DNA of 64,000 nucleotides from Candidatus Aenigmatarchaeota archaeon (GTDB lineage Archaea; Aenigmatarchaeota; Aenigmatarchaeia; QMZP01), in NCBI GenBank assembly GCA_016783545.1, contig JADHWJ010000002.1, positions 1,617 to 65,616 of the forward strand, read 5' to 3'. The notes beneath the pieces are model-generated. The model worked only from the letters and a program-made list of their open reading frames with translations, made no database searches and was not told the origin of the DNA. Positions 45,705 to 55,310 of this stretch are shown one piece after another (within the stretch, counting starts at the first letter, position 1; each line of letters opens with the position of its first letter). The translations under genes were made by a program, and so were the position numbers.

Positions 45705-48536
45705 ATGGAACCATACAATCCGCAAAAAATAGAAGAAGAGGCTTTGAAACATTGGGTAGCCAAAAAAACATATGAAAAAGCAAAAGATAAAAGAAAAAAC
45801 GGAAAGCCGTATTATTTTATTGATGGGCCGCCATATGCGTCAGGCTCTATTCATCTTGGAACAGCAATGAATAAGATAATAAAGGATTGTTATATTCGAT
45901 TTTTCAGGATGCAAGGTTTCAATGTCTGGGATCAGCCTGGCTATGATACACATGGCACTCCTATTGAAGTTAAAGTTGAGAAACAACTTGGATTCACCAA
46001 TAAAAAAGACATTGAGAAATATGGCATGGGAAAATTCATTAAGAAGTGCAGAGAGTTTGCAACAAAATACATAGATGTAATGAATAAACAATTTGCAGGT
46101 CTTGGTGTTTGGATGGATTGGGATAACCCATATCTTACTTTACATAATAGATATATCGAAGGTGCATGGTTTACATTCAAAAGAGCATATGAAAATAAGT
46201 TCCTTTACAAAGGAAGTTATCCAGTGCATGCATGTTCTCGATGCGAGACTGTTGTTGCTTATAATGAGGTTGAATATCAAAATCTGACAGACACCTCAAT
46301 TTATGTGAAATTCCCTGTCAAAGGAAAGCCAAAAACATATTTTGCGATCTGGACTACTACACCGTGGACGATTCCCTCAAATACTGGAATAATGGTTAAT
46401 CCAAAGTTTGATTATTCTTATGTGAAAATACCTACAGGAGAGACTCTTATTATAGCAAAGGAACTTGTTGAAAAGATAATGTCAGAGATTATTGAGACAG
46501 GCAATTATAAAATTGTTAAAACAGTGAAAGGAAAAGATTTGAATGGAATGGTATACGAGCATCCATTAACAAATTGTGTTCCTGCCTTACAGAACCTGAA
46601 AAATGGTCATAGGGTTGTTCTTTCTTCAAGATATGTTACTTTGGATAGTGGAACAGGTTTGGTTCATGCAGCACCAGGTCATGGTACAGAGGATTTCATT
46701 GTTGGAAAAGAGACAGGTCTTCCTGTAGTCTCACCTGTTAAAATAGATGGTACTTACAAGAAAGAGGCAGGTAGCTGGCTTGCTGGAAAGTATGTGAAAG
46801 ATATGGATCATGTTATTATAGAGAAACTTAATGAAAGAGGCGTTCTTCTTGGAAGAGAAGAGGTTTCTCATGATTATCCAATTTGCTGGAGATGTTCCAC
46901 ACCATTGCTTTTCATTAACATACCTCAGTGGTTCCTCAAAGTTGAAGATATAAGAAAGAATCTAATTGTAGAGAATAAAAAAGTTAATTGGGTTCCTAGT
47001 TGGGCTAAGAAAAGAATGAATGATTGGTTGGAGAATCTTGGTGATTGGCCTATCTCTCGTCAGCGTTTTTGGGGAATACCATTGCCTATATGGGAATGTA
47101 AATGCGGTAATACAGATGTTATAGGCTCTTTAGAAGAACTGAAAAAGAAATCTGGACTAAAAAAGGAAGTGGATTTCCACAGACCAGAAATAGATACTGT
47201 AAAATGGAAATGTAGTTGCGGAGAAGAGATGAAGAGAATTCCTGATGTTCTTGATGTTTGGTTTGATTCTGGTGTGTGTACATGGGCTTCTTTGGGCTAT
47301 CCAAGGGATAAGAAACTATTCCAGAAATTTTGGCCATCTGATTTCCAGCTTGAAGGTCCTGATCAGTTTAGAGGATGGTGGAACTCTCAGATGATTACAA
47401 GCTATGTTACCTTCAAGAAGGCTCCTTACAAGAACATACTTTTACATGGGTTCATTATGGATGCAAAGGGAATCAAACTAAGTAAATCAAAAGGAAATGC
47501 TATAGATCCGATAGAGATTTCTGAAAGAGAGGGAAAAGATATTTTCAGATTTTACATGCTTTCTAATCCACCATGGAATAATTTTTATTTCAGTTTTGAT
47601 GAATTAAAAGAAACTAAAAGATTTTTCAATGTTTTTTGGAATGTCTATCAGTTCATTAAAACATATAGTCAGAAGGTTACCAAAACACCTGAGCTGAATG
47701 TGGAAGATAAATGGATAATCAGTAAGTTGAATAGTATATTAGAATCAGCAGAGCATGGAAGTAATTTCCATATGCATAAGGTTGCCCAAGAGCTAAAAGA
47801 GTTTATTTTAAATGATTTTTCCAGATGGTATATTAAACTTATCAGAGATAGGGTCTCACCATCATATGTAGGAAAAGACAAGGCTGGAGCACAATATACT
47901 TTAAATATTATTCTTGAGACAGTTGCAAGAGCATTGGCACCAATTTCCCCGTTCCTTACAGATCATATATACAGGGACCTTTTTGGTGAATCTGTTCATT
48001 TTGAAGACTATCCAAAACCAGACAAAAGAAAAATAGACAGCAAACTTGAAAAAGACATGGAATCAGTTAAGATCATTTTCGAGGCATTGACAACGCTAAG
48101 ACAGGAAAAGGAGATAAGATTAAGATGGCCTGTTGACAAGGTTTTTGTTCAGATGAAAACACCACCAAAACAATTAGCTGATATAATAAAGTACATATGC
48201 AATGTTAAGGATGTTGCTTTTGTAAGCAAGCTAACTGGAAAAGGAAAAGAATTTGAAGGTGGCTCACTTACACTAGGAAAAGCTCTTATGGACGAAGCTT
48301 TTGTTCGGGAGCTAACAAGAAAGACACAACAGCTTAGAAAAGAAGCCAAGTTGCAGGTCTCTGATACAATATCACTTTATTTAAACACTGACAAAGATAC
48401 AGAACAGCTAATAGAAAAGTTTAAGGATGATGTTCTGAAAGGAACTAGTGCAAAGAGTTTAGAGTTTAGTTCAAAGGAACCAAAAGGTGTTCTAGAATTT
48501 GAAGGTAAGAATGTTAGCATTGGTTTTAAGAAGTAA
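45705..48536 (+). CDS. ileS: Isoleucyl-tRNA synthetase
   Basis: DGPPYASGSIHLGT, WTTTPWT, GTGLVHAAPGHG, SRQRFWGIP, KLSKSKGN. Confidence 0.97.
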   Translation: MEPYNPQKIEEEALKHWVAKKTYEKAKDKRKNGKPYYFIDGPPYASGSIHLGTAMNKIIKDCYIRFFRMQGFNVWDQPGYDTHGTPIEVKVEKQLGFTNKKDIEKYGMGKFIKKCREFATKYIDVMNKQFAGLGVWMDWDNPYLTLHNRYIEGAWFTFKRAYENKFLYKGSYPVHACSRCETVVAYNEVEYQNLTDTSIYVKFPVKGKPKTYFAIWTTTPWTIPSNTGIMVNPKFDYSYVKIPTGETLIIAKELVEKIMSEIIETGNYKIVKTVKGKDLNGMVYEHPLTNCVPALQNLKNGHRVVLSSRYVTLDSGTGLVHAAPGHGTEDFIVGKETGLPVVSPVKIDGTYKKEAGSWLAGKYVKDMDHVIIEKLNERGVLLGREEVSHDYPICWRCSTPLLFINIPQWFLKVEDIRKNLIVENKKVNWVPSWAKKRMNDWLENLGDWPISRQRFWGIPLPIWECKCGNTDVIGSLEELKKKSGLKKEVDFHRPEIDTVKWKCSCGEEMKRIPDVLDVWFDSGVCTWASLGYPRDKKLFQKFWPSDFQLEGPDQFRGWWNSQMITSYVTFKKAPYKNILLHGFIMDAKGIKLSKSKGNAIDPIEISEREGKDIFRFYMLSNPPWNNFYFSFDELKETKRFFNVFWNVYQFIKTYSQKVTKTPELNVEDKWIISKLNSILESAEHGSNFHMHKVAQELKEFILNDFSRWYIKLIRDRVSPSYVGKDKAGAQYTLNIILETVARALAPISPFLTDHIYRDLFGESVHFEDYPKPDKRKIDSKLEKDMESVKIIFEALTTLRQEKEIRLRWPVDKVFVQMKTPPKQLADIIKYICNVKDVAFVSKLTGKGKEFEGGSLTLGKALMDEAFVRELTRKTQQLRKEAKLQVSDTISLYLNTDKDTEQLIEKFKDDVLKGTSAKSLEFSSKEPKGVLEFEGKNVSIGFKK

Positions 48537-48607
48537 TTAATTCTAGCAAACACTTATAAACTTATAAGTACTAATATACTTATAAGTATAGCATTTATGG
48601 TTATATA

Positions 48608-48910
48608 ATGAAAAAGAGTCTAGAAATTATTGGAAAGGAAATACGTCGAAACAAGAATGCACATTATCCAAGATTAGATACAATGATTATGGTAGAAGAG
48701 ACTATAAAAAAAGAGGGGGTAATAACCAAAACAAAGTTATATAGAGAACTACCAAAAAAGGTTATGTTTCCCACATTGGAGATAATAATTCAGTATCTGG
48801 AATCAAAGGGAATAATAGTAAGAGATAAAATAGGCCAGATAGTATACACATATAACCCAAAAACCCTAGAAAAATACAGGAAACTAAAGCACCTTGAAAT
48901 AAAGATATGA
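48608..48910 (+). CDS. Winged-helix antitoxin-like protein
   Basis: YPRLDTMIMVE..LPKKVM..YLESKG; ATGA overlap with the toxin; TACTTATAAGTA palindromes upstream. Confidence 0.7.
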   Translation: MKKSLEIIGKEIRRNKNAHYPRLDTMIMVEETIKKEGVITKTKLYRELPKKVMFPTLEIIIQYLESKGIIVRDKIGQIVYTYNPKTLEKYRKLKHLEIKI

Positions 48911-49245
48911 AAGATGTGAGATTAGTATTTGCGGATGAGAGAGTTGAGATTGCTTATAATAAATTATCTGAGAAACCCGAATTTTTCAAATTAAAGAAGT
49001 TTTTAGATAGGGCAATTGAAGATATTAGAAATAATTCTAGTTGTGGAATAGGCATAAAGAAAAAATTAATACCTAGAGAATATATGGAAAAATATGATAT
49101 AACTAGTCTTTTCAAATATGATTTACCAGATGGTTGGAGATTGTTTTATTCACTTGAAACACGAGAGATATTTGTGTTAGCTATAATTCTGGAATGGATG
49201 AGTCATAAAGACTATGAAAAGAAATTTAAATATGCAGTGAGATAA
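48907..49245 (+). CDS. RelE-like toxin
   Basis: GIGIKKKLIP..LFKYDLPDGWRLFY..WMSHKDYE. Confidence 0.8.
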   Translation: MKDVRLVFADERVEIAYNKLSEKPEFFKLKKFLDRAIEDIRNNSSCGIGIKKKLIPREYMEKYDITSLFKYDLPDGWRLFYSLETREIFVLAIILEWMSHKDYEKKFKYAVR

Positions 49246-49253
49246 TTTAATAA

Positions 49254-49388
49254 TCATCTTAAACACATTGGTAATCCACTAGTTGACTTATGATATCTAA
49301 CGCATTCGCAACATTTTCCATGCCTTTCACAATCTTCTTCTGGGCAAGTGCAAGTTTTCTTATTCTCTTGAATATTTGAACAATCCAT
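49254..49388 (-). CDS. 44-aa Cys/His-rich metal-binding protein (DUF6485-like; not in ORF track)
   Basis: CTCPEEDCERHGKCCECVRYH..LPMCL. Confidence 0.75.
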   Translation of the reverse strand: MDCSNIQENKKTCTCPEEDCERHGKCCECVRYHKSTSGLPMCLR

Positions 49389-49416
49389 AAAGAATATAAT
49401 GACTAGATTATTTAAA

Positions 49417-50049
49417 TTACTGACTTGATATGTCTAAAGTACCAGCGCTATCTTTTACTATTTTAAGTCCTTCTGCAACAACATCAAAGTTCTTTGCAAG
49501 TTCTCTGAACATATCTGCTTCCCTTCTTTCATCAAAAAAGTCAAGCTGAGAAACCTTTGCATATGAATTTTCTCCTGCTCTTTGAAGAATTTTTCTTATA
49601 CCCTCACTTGAAGGTTCTTCTATTGGAATATCCATACCAACTTCTGCTATCATATCTCTTGCAAAATCCAATGTTTCCATTGCATGACCATAAAAAATAC
49701 TTAAACACCCAGGATAAGCACCTGTCCAGAAAAGAGTGAAATCACCTAGATATCTATATTGTTCCCTTTCAGCACCAGCACTAACCATAATAGGAAGAGT
49801 TTCAATCTCTGTGAGTGTTTTTGCAATTACAAGTCTTGCAACTCTTTTATTTTTACCTCTAAATGTATTATCCATATGAGAATATCTTGTGAGAAGCCTT
49901 GCAGTATATTCTTTACTTGGTTCAGAAATAGCGTCACCATATACTATATCAGCTGCAGCTCTGAAACGCCTCCCAAGTTCGCTTGCGTATGGTACAGGGA
50001 CTTCTTTGAACCCTAGTACACGTGTAGGATCAATCATTCCCATATACAA
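49417..50049 (-). CDS. Hypothetical helical protein
   Basis: 210-aa ORF; YRYLGDFTLFWTGAYP segment recalls a bacterial uncharacterised family. Confidence 0.65.
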   Translation of the reverse strand: MYMGMIDPTRVLGFKEVPVPYASELGRRFRAAADIVYGDAISEPSKEYTARLLTRYSHMDNTFRGKNKRVARLVIAKTLTEIETLPIMVSAGAEREQYRYLGDFTLFWTGAYPGCLSIFYGHAMETLDFARDMIAEVGMDIPIEEPSSEGIRKILQRAGENSYAKVSQLDFFDERREADMFRELAKNFDVVAEGLKIVKDSAGTLDISSQ

Positions 50050-50230
50050 TATTAGAAGTAAAATTTTTATATCTAATATGGGAATTCACAATCTAACTTG
50101 GTATTGTGGAAACTGTTATATTTTCCCACCACTTGGAATTTTTAAGTATTTAGAACCTCAGAATAACGTTTATAAGCCAAGAATTGAACTATAATCATAG
50201 GTATGCATTACATACCACGAGCAGGAAAGT

Positions 50231-51409
50231 ATGCTTCAGCTTAAATGGAATGGAAGTGAAATATGGGCTGAAGACCCTGAAACTATTGGAAAAATCAGAC
50301 AGAATTTTTTCGGCGAACATAAAAACGCTAGGGTCTTCTTAAATATAGAAGAAGCTCTATATCTCTTACAGTTCCAGAACGCTGAATGTGAAAGAGATGG
50401 TAAAAAAATAGGTTTCAATGATCTTGCAAGTGCCTATGCAAAAGCAGAACCAAGGCTTTTTATAAGATATAATGCTTTTAGGGACTGGAGAGACAGAGGC
50501 CTTGTTGCAAAAAGATTTGATAAAATTCAGGGTCTTGGAGCAGAAACTGCAAAGAAATATCCTTCGCAAAAAATGCAGATAAAGAAAATAAATGCAAAAA
50601 TAGTGTGGTATCCTGGGTCGCTTTTCTCTATTCTTGAAGATGAAAAACTTGGAAAAGAACTTTTTAATACATATTGGTTTGGGCAGTTTGGTATTTACAA
50701 ACAGGATAGAGGAACATTACTCAAACTGAATTTCTTTGAAACAATTTTCCTGGCAAAACATTTTGGAGTAAAGGTAATAAGCGCTAATACAGGAACAGAA
50801 GCAAACTACAAGAACATAATGGAGGATGTGATAAAGAAAAGGGAATATACAAAGCAGTTATATGAAGTGTATGAGGAATGGAGACTTCATGATTTTGTTG
50901 TAAAAACAGGCTTTAAATTCGGTTCGCATTTCAGGATATATTTTCCAGGCGCAAGTCCCGCCAAGAAAGGCAAATGGATACATTCAAAGCATGTTCTGCA
51001 CATTTTCCCAAAAGAAGAAAGGCTTTTAATTTCTGAATGGTCCAGAGCAGTCAGAGTAGCACATGGTGTAAAAAAGACGTTTATACTGGCAATTCCAAAG
51101 ATGGATGAAAGTGATTATATAAATTATCCTTTGGATTACCTTGCATATAGAAGAAAAAAGCATAAAGGAAACCTGATAAGAGAAACACCAAAAGACAAAC
51201 CAAGATATCTGTTAGAGGCTGTTTCAGAGGATGATCATATAGGTGGAATAGAGCTTGCAACATTACTGAAAAGGTCTTCTGACCAGAAACTGGAGCTATT
51301 GCTTTCTATTTCAGATAGGGAATCTGCTATCACTTACTATGTTCTGAAAAAGGTTAACATACCAGACTCTAAGTATGAATACTATGAAATAGAATGGATG
51401 AAACCCTAA
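50231..51409 (+). CDS. endA: tRNA-intron endonuclease, three-unit (epsilon2-like) architecture
   Basis: VVKTGFKFGSHFRIY, HSKH, SRAVRVAHGVKK catalytic unit between partial N- and C-terminal units; 392 aa. Confidence 0.9.
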   Translation: MLQLKWNGSEIWAEDPETIGKIRQNFFGEHKNARVFLNIEEALYLLQFQNAECERDGKKIGFNDLASAYAKAEPRLFIRYNAFRDWRDRGLVAKRFDKIQGLGAETAKKYPSQKMQIKKINAKIVWYPGSLFSILEDEKLGKELFNTYWFGQFGIYKQDRGTLLKLNFFETIFLAKHFGVKVISANTGTEANYKNIMEDVIKKREYTKQLYEVYEEWRLHDFVVKTGFKFGSHFRIYFPGASPAKKGKWIHSKHVLHIFPKEERLLISEWSRAVRVAHGVKKTFILAIPKMDESDYINYPLDYLAYRRKKHKGNLIRETPKDKPRYLLEAVSEDDHIGGIELATLLKRSSDQKLELLLSISDRESAITYYVLKKVNIPDSKYEYYEIEWMKP

Positions 51410-51661
51410 CTACTTATATACCTTTTTCCTATGTAAAAATCTTAAAAGAAAAAGTTTATAGTCTCTGACTGAATAAATTAATCTATATGGTTTTACATAT
51501 ACTGTTCTTTCACCTCTGAGACCATATCTTAGAGGTTTGCCAATGTTAGGATTTTCGATTATTTTTTCTATCTGTTTCTTAATTCTTCTTAGCATTTCAG
51601 AATCTTTGAGAGATTTTAGATTCTTCTCAAATTCTTTACTACTTCTTATTATCATTTTCAC
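51410..51661 (-). CDS. RelE/ParE family toxin
   Basis: NPNIGKPLRYGLRGER..PYRLIY..FLHRKKVY. Confidence 0.9.
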   Translation of the reverse strand: MKMIIRSSKEFEKNLKSLKDSEMLRRIKKQIEKIIENPNIGKPLRYGLRGERTVYVKPYRLIYSVRDYKLFLLRFLHRKKVYK

Positions 51662-51950
51662 AATCAGAAATTAGTTTACCGAGTTCTTTGAGAAAATCTT
51701 CTGCACTACTTTCAGTATATTCCCCTTTTTCTACCTCTTCCCATGCATTTTTTGCTTCTTTTGCCAATTCTAGTTCTTCCTTTGTTATAGGATTTTCAAC
51801 TTTTTTCAGCAGAAGCATATCATCATCAAAGCTTGAAATGGCAAAAACACTGCCTTCTGCTATATGCATATTCTTTCTCATATGTTTAGGGATTACTACC
51901 TGCCCTTTAGAACTCATTCTTGTAAGTTCTGGAATTGCTTTTTTATCCAT
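51639..51950 (-). CDS. AbrB/MazE/SpoVT family antitoxin
   Basis: TRMSSKGQVVIPKHMR; AGTAAGA-TTG-TCTTACT palindrome at the start. Confidence 0.9.
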   Translation of the reverse strand: MDKKAIPELTRMSSKGQVVIPKHMRKNMHIAEGSVFAISSFDDDMLLLKKVENPITKEELELAKEAKNAWEEVEKGEYTESSAEDFLKELGKLISDCENDNKK

Positions 51951-52001
51951 ATAGTAAGATTGTCTTACTTACTTATAAATGTTGCATGAAATTGCCTAAT
52001 T

Positions 52002-52018
52002 TTGTAATCTTAACGGGA
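52002..52018 (+). repeat. Conserved site copy TTGTAATCTTAACGGGA
   Basis: Same as 23715; followed by GAAAAAGCTTTATAA and GTCACT..AGTGAC palindrome. Confidence 0.9.
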
Positions 52019-52087
52019 GAAAAAGCTTTATAAGGGGATAATATAAGTATTAATTGTCACTAACAAATAGTGACATGAGGTATTATT

Positions 52088-52348
52088 ATGGATGCGGAGA
52101 ATATAAAAAGACGGGCTGAAAGGGGAGATACTATTAATGTTGATTCCTATCGGGCCGGAGACAGATACGCTGTATTTGGTCTTTCTGATGAAAGGCTGAT
52201 TGGTGAATCTGGTCAGGTAGAACCCAATGGTTATAAACCATTAAAAAGGTTCGAAGTTGTTGATAAGGAGATAAGAGACCTTGATACTAATGAAACAGTC
52301 TTTGATAAGGCTGGTTATACTGGTGGTGCTCTTAAGATGGCAGCTTAA
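52088..52348 (+). CDS. Orphan protein
   Basis: GAGGT RBS; 86-aa ORF downstream of site plus promoter. Confidence 0.65.
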   Translation: MDAENIKRRAERGDTINVDSYRAGDRYAVFGLSDERLIGESGQVEPNGYKPLKRFEVVDKEIRDLDTNETVFDKAGYTGGALKMAA

Positions 52349-52410
52349 TTTTTTTCTTTTATTTTTAACAAAATAGAAGCATTTATAAATATTAACTTCA
52401 AATAAATCTT

Positions 52411-53295
52411 ATGTCTGAAGAGAATACAGATGAAAAAAAAGAAGAGCGGGAAGAAAAAACAGATACGCATAAAGAAGAAAACACAGAGACTCACAAAGAA
52501 CATGTAGAGAAAAAACCTGAGTATGAGAAAGAATTTCAAGAGACTTTTGAAAAGAAAAGAAAACCTTATGTTTTTGCGGCTGTAATTGTTATTGCATTTG
52601 TTGTGGGATATTTTGTCACACCAACAATAACAGGTTTTATGACAGCTTCACCAAGCCAGATTGGTAATAAAATGGTTAGTTTTGTTAATGAAAATCTGAT
52701 ACCAGGAGGCGGTGTTACTTTAGTTTCTGTTGAAACAATGAGTGATTTATACGTGATTACAGTATCTTTTGAAGGAAATGATATGCCCCTATATGCAACA
52801 AAAGACGGAAAATTCCTTATTCTAGGAAATGTAGTAGACACAACTCAGCCTATTCCAGATCAGGGACCAATAAATACATCGACAGTGAAATCAGATATAC
52901 CTGAGAACACTGACATAAAAACATTCCTTGATAGTGGAGAAGAAATATGCTCTGTTGATGGAAAACCAATAATAAGAATGTATTCATTCTCAGAATGTGA
53001 TTTTTGTGCATGGACTAAGCCAATATTTGAAAAGGTGGTTGGGGAATATGTAGAAGCTGGAAAAGTGACTGCATATCTATGGGAAGACAATTTTAATATA
53101 ATGTCAGAAGATCTTGAAGAAATAAGCGAAGAAGAAGTTTTGCTTTACCAGAAATATGGTCTTGACGGAGTTCCTGCATTCATATTCGGCTGTAAATATT
53201 ACAGATCAGGTGCACCATTCATTAACGAAGAAAACGGGGAAACAATGGAAGAAGATGAATTTAGGGCTGTTATAGAAGACCTTATTGGAGAATAA
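52411..53295 (+). CDS. Membrane-anchored thioredoxin-fold protein
   Basis: TM, YATKDGKFL, CDFC, GVPAFIFGCKY. Confidence 0.85.
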   Translation: MSEENTDEKKEEREEKTDTHKEENTETHKEHVEKKPEYEKEFQETFEKKRKPYVFAAVIVIAFVVGYFVTPTITGFMTASPSQIGNKMVSFVNENLIPGGGVTLVSVETMSDLYVITVSFEGNDMPLYATKDGKFLILGNVVDTTQPIPDQGPINTSTVKSDIPENTDIKTFLDSGEEICSVDGKPIIRMYSFSECDFCAWTKPIFEKVVGEYVEAGKVTAYLWEDNFNIMSEDLEEISEEEVLLYQKYGLDGVPAFIFGCKYYRSGAPFINEENGETMEEDEFRAVIEDLIGE

Positions 53296-53352
53296 TTACT
53301 GGTTTCTAAAAGTATACAAAGCATTTATAAATATTAACTTCAAATAAATCTT

Positions 53353-54408
53353 ATGTCTGAAGAGAACAAAGAAGAAAATAAAAAAGAGACTGAAGAAAAC
53401 ACAGATGCACAAAAAGAAGAGAACAAAGAAGAGAGAGGAGAAGTTTCTGAATCAAGTGAAGAGTTCAATGAAGCGTTTGAAAAGAAAAAGAAACCTTATG
53501 CTTTTGCAGCTATTGTTGTTATTGCATTTCTTGCAGGTTATTTTATCAGTCCAACAATAACAGGCTTTATGATAGGGCCTTCAGATGGTTCTCTTTCAGA
53601 AAATGACATTTCTAATAAAATGATTGCATTCATTAATGAGAATGTAGTTCCTGATGGCGGGGTCACATTAATCTCATCTGAAAAATCAGGCGATTTATAC
53701 AGGATTCTTGTATCTTATCAGGGAAATCAGATGCCTATTCATACAACAAAAGACGGAAGGTTCCTTGTTCTTGGCAATGTCATAGATACATTATCGCCGC
53801 AAACACCAGTAGATAATGGCGGTGATCCACAGCCAGTAGACACTGGAATAACAAAATTAGATAAACCAACAGTTGAACTATTCGTTATGACTCATTGTCC
53901 ATATGGTACACAATCAGAAAAAGGTATTATTCCCACATTAAAGACACTGGGTGATAGTGTGGATGCTAAGATAAGATTTGTGCATTACTTTATGCATGGT
54001 GATAAGGAAGAACAGGAAACTTATAGGCAGGTTTGTATAAGAGAAGATCAGCCAGAAAAGTTCTTAGCTTATCTGGAATGTTTCTTGGAAGATGATGATA
54101 GTAGCAGGTGTTTATCTGAAACAGGTATAGATACTGAAGTATTGAGCACATGCATGGAAAATAGCGCAGCAGATTACTATGCACAGGATTCTGCAATAAG
54201 CGAGGGTTATGGTGTAAGAGGTTCACCAACACTTGTAGTTAATGGGCAGATAGCTAATTCAGCAAGAAGCTCAGCTGCATATTTAGCAACAATTTGTTCA
54301 GCTTTCAATGTAGTACCAGAAAATTGTGCAGCAAAGTTATCATCAGAAGCACCCTCACCAGGATTTGGATACTCTGGAACTGGTGCATCTGGCGGAAGTT
54401 GTGGTTAG
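53353..54408 (+). CDS. Membrane-anchored DsbA/thioredoxin-fold protein, paralog of the previous gene
   Basis: FVMTHCPYG, MHGDKE, VRGSPTLVVNG. Confidence 0.85.
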   Translation: MSEENKEENKKETEENTDAQKEENKEERGEVSESSEEFNEAFEKKKKPYAFAAIVVIAFLAGYFISPTITGFMIGPSDGSLSENDISNKMIAFINENVVPDGGVTLISSEKSGDLYRILVSYQGNQMPIHTTKDGRFLVLGNVIDTLSPQTPVDNGGDPQPVDTGITKLDKPTVELFVMTHCPYGTQSEKGIIPTLKTLGDSVDAKIRFVHYFMHGDKEEQETYRQVCIREDQPEKFLAYLECFLEDDDSSRCLSETGIDTEVLSTCMENSAADYYAQDSAISEGYGVRGSPTLVVNGQIANSARSSAAYLATICSAFNVVPENCAAKLSSEAPSPGFGYSGTGASGGSCG

Positions 54409-54436
54409 TTTTTAAACCAGAGACCCAATTTTATTC

Positions 54437-55291
54437 ATGAAACAGTTTATTTATAGTTTTGAGAATGAAGTGAATGCTACTATAAAGAAATATAAACTTC
54501 TGAAAAAGAATGAAAAAACATTAGTTGCGTGTTCAGGTGGAAAGGATTCCATAACAGTGCTTTATATCTTGAACAAATTGGGATATAACCCAGAAGCCTT
54601 GATAATAGATTTGCATATAGGCAAATATAGTGATGATAATTTAAAGAACCTTAAACAGGTCTGCAAAGAACAAGGAATAAAGCTTCATGTTGTTTCAATT
54701 AGGAAGGAGTTTGGATGCACGCCTTGCTATGCCAAATCTTTGATAAATTCAAAGGGCATGAACCTTAGCAGCTGTTCTATATGCGGCATAATGAAAAGAT
54801 ACATGCTTAATAAAAAAGCAAGAGAACTTGGCGCAAACAAAATTGCAACAGGGCACAACCTGGATGACGAGGCACAGACAGTTCTAATGAACTTTTTTAC
54901 ATGTAATGTAGATGCAGGGCTGAATACAGGTCCAAGTACAGGTGTGATAAAGGATAAGAAGTTTGTTCAAAGAGTAAAGCCGTTATTTTTCTCAAAGGAA
55001 TCTGATGTAAGAAAGTATTCTGAAGCAATGAATTTCCCTGTCATATATGATAATTGCCCATGTTCTACTGGCTCTTTCAGGCATGAAATAAAAGATAAAA
55101 TTAATCAACTTGAAAAAGATTACCCTGGAACAAAAATAAACCTTGTGGAATCGTTTCTAAAAACAGTATCAGAGATCAGAAAAAACATTCCAAAAGGCGC
55201 TTTGAAGATATGCAAAAAATGCAAAGAACCGACTAGGAACGAAAAATGCTCTGTTTGTGAACTTTTTGGAAAAATCAAAGGATTTAAGTAA
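54437..55291 (+). CDS. ttuA: tRNA 2-thiolation protein, TtuA/NcsA family
   Basis: VACSGGKDS, CSICG..KR, ATGHNLDDEAQT, C-terminal CxxC..CxxC. Confidence 0.85.
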   Translation: MKQFIYSFENEVNATIKKYKLLKKNEKTLVACSGGKDSITVLYILNKLGYNPEALIIDLHIGKYSDDNLKNLKQVCKEQGIKLHVVSIRKEFGCTPCYAKSLINSKGMNLSSCSICGIMKRYMLNKKARELGANKIATGHNLDDEAQTVLMNFFTCNVDAGLNTGPSTGVIKDKKFVQRVKPLFFSKESDVRKYSEAMNFPVIYDNCPCSTGSFRHEIKDKINQLEKDYPGTKINLVESFLKTVSEIRKNIPKGALKICKKCKEPTRNEKCSVCELFGKIKGFK

Positions 55292-55310
55292 TGATAAACA
55301 TTATTCTCTT

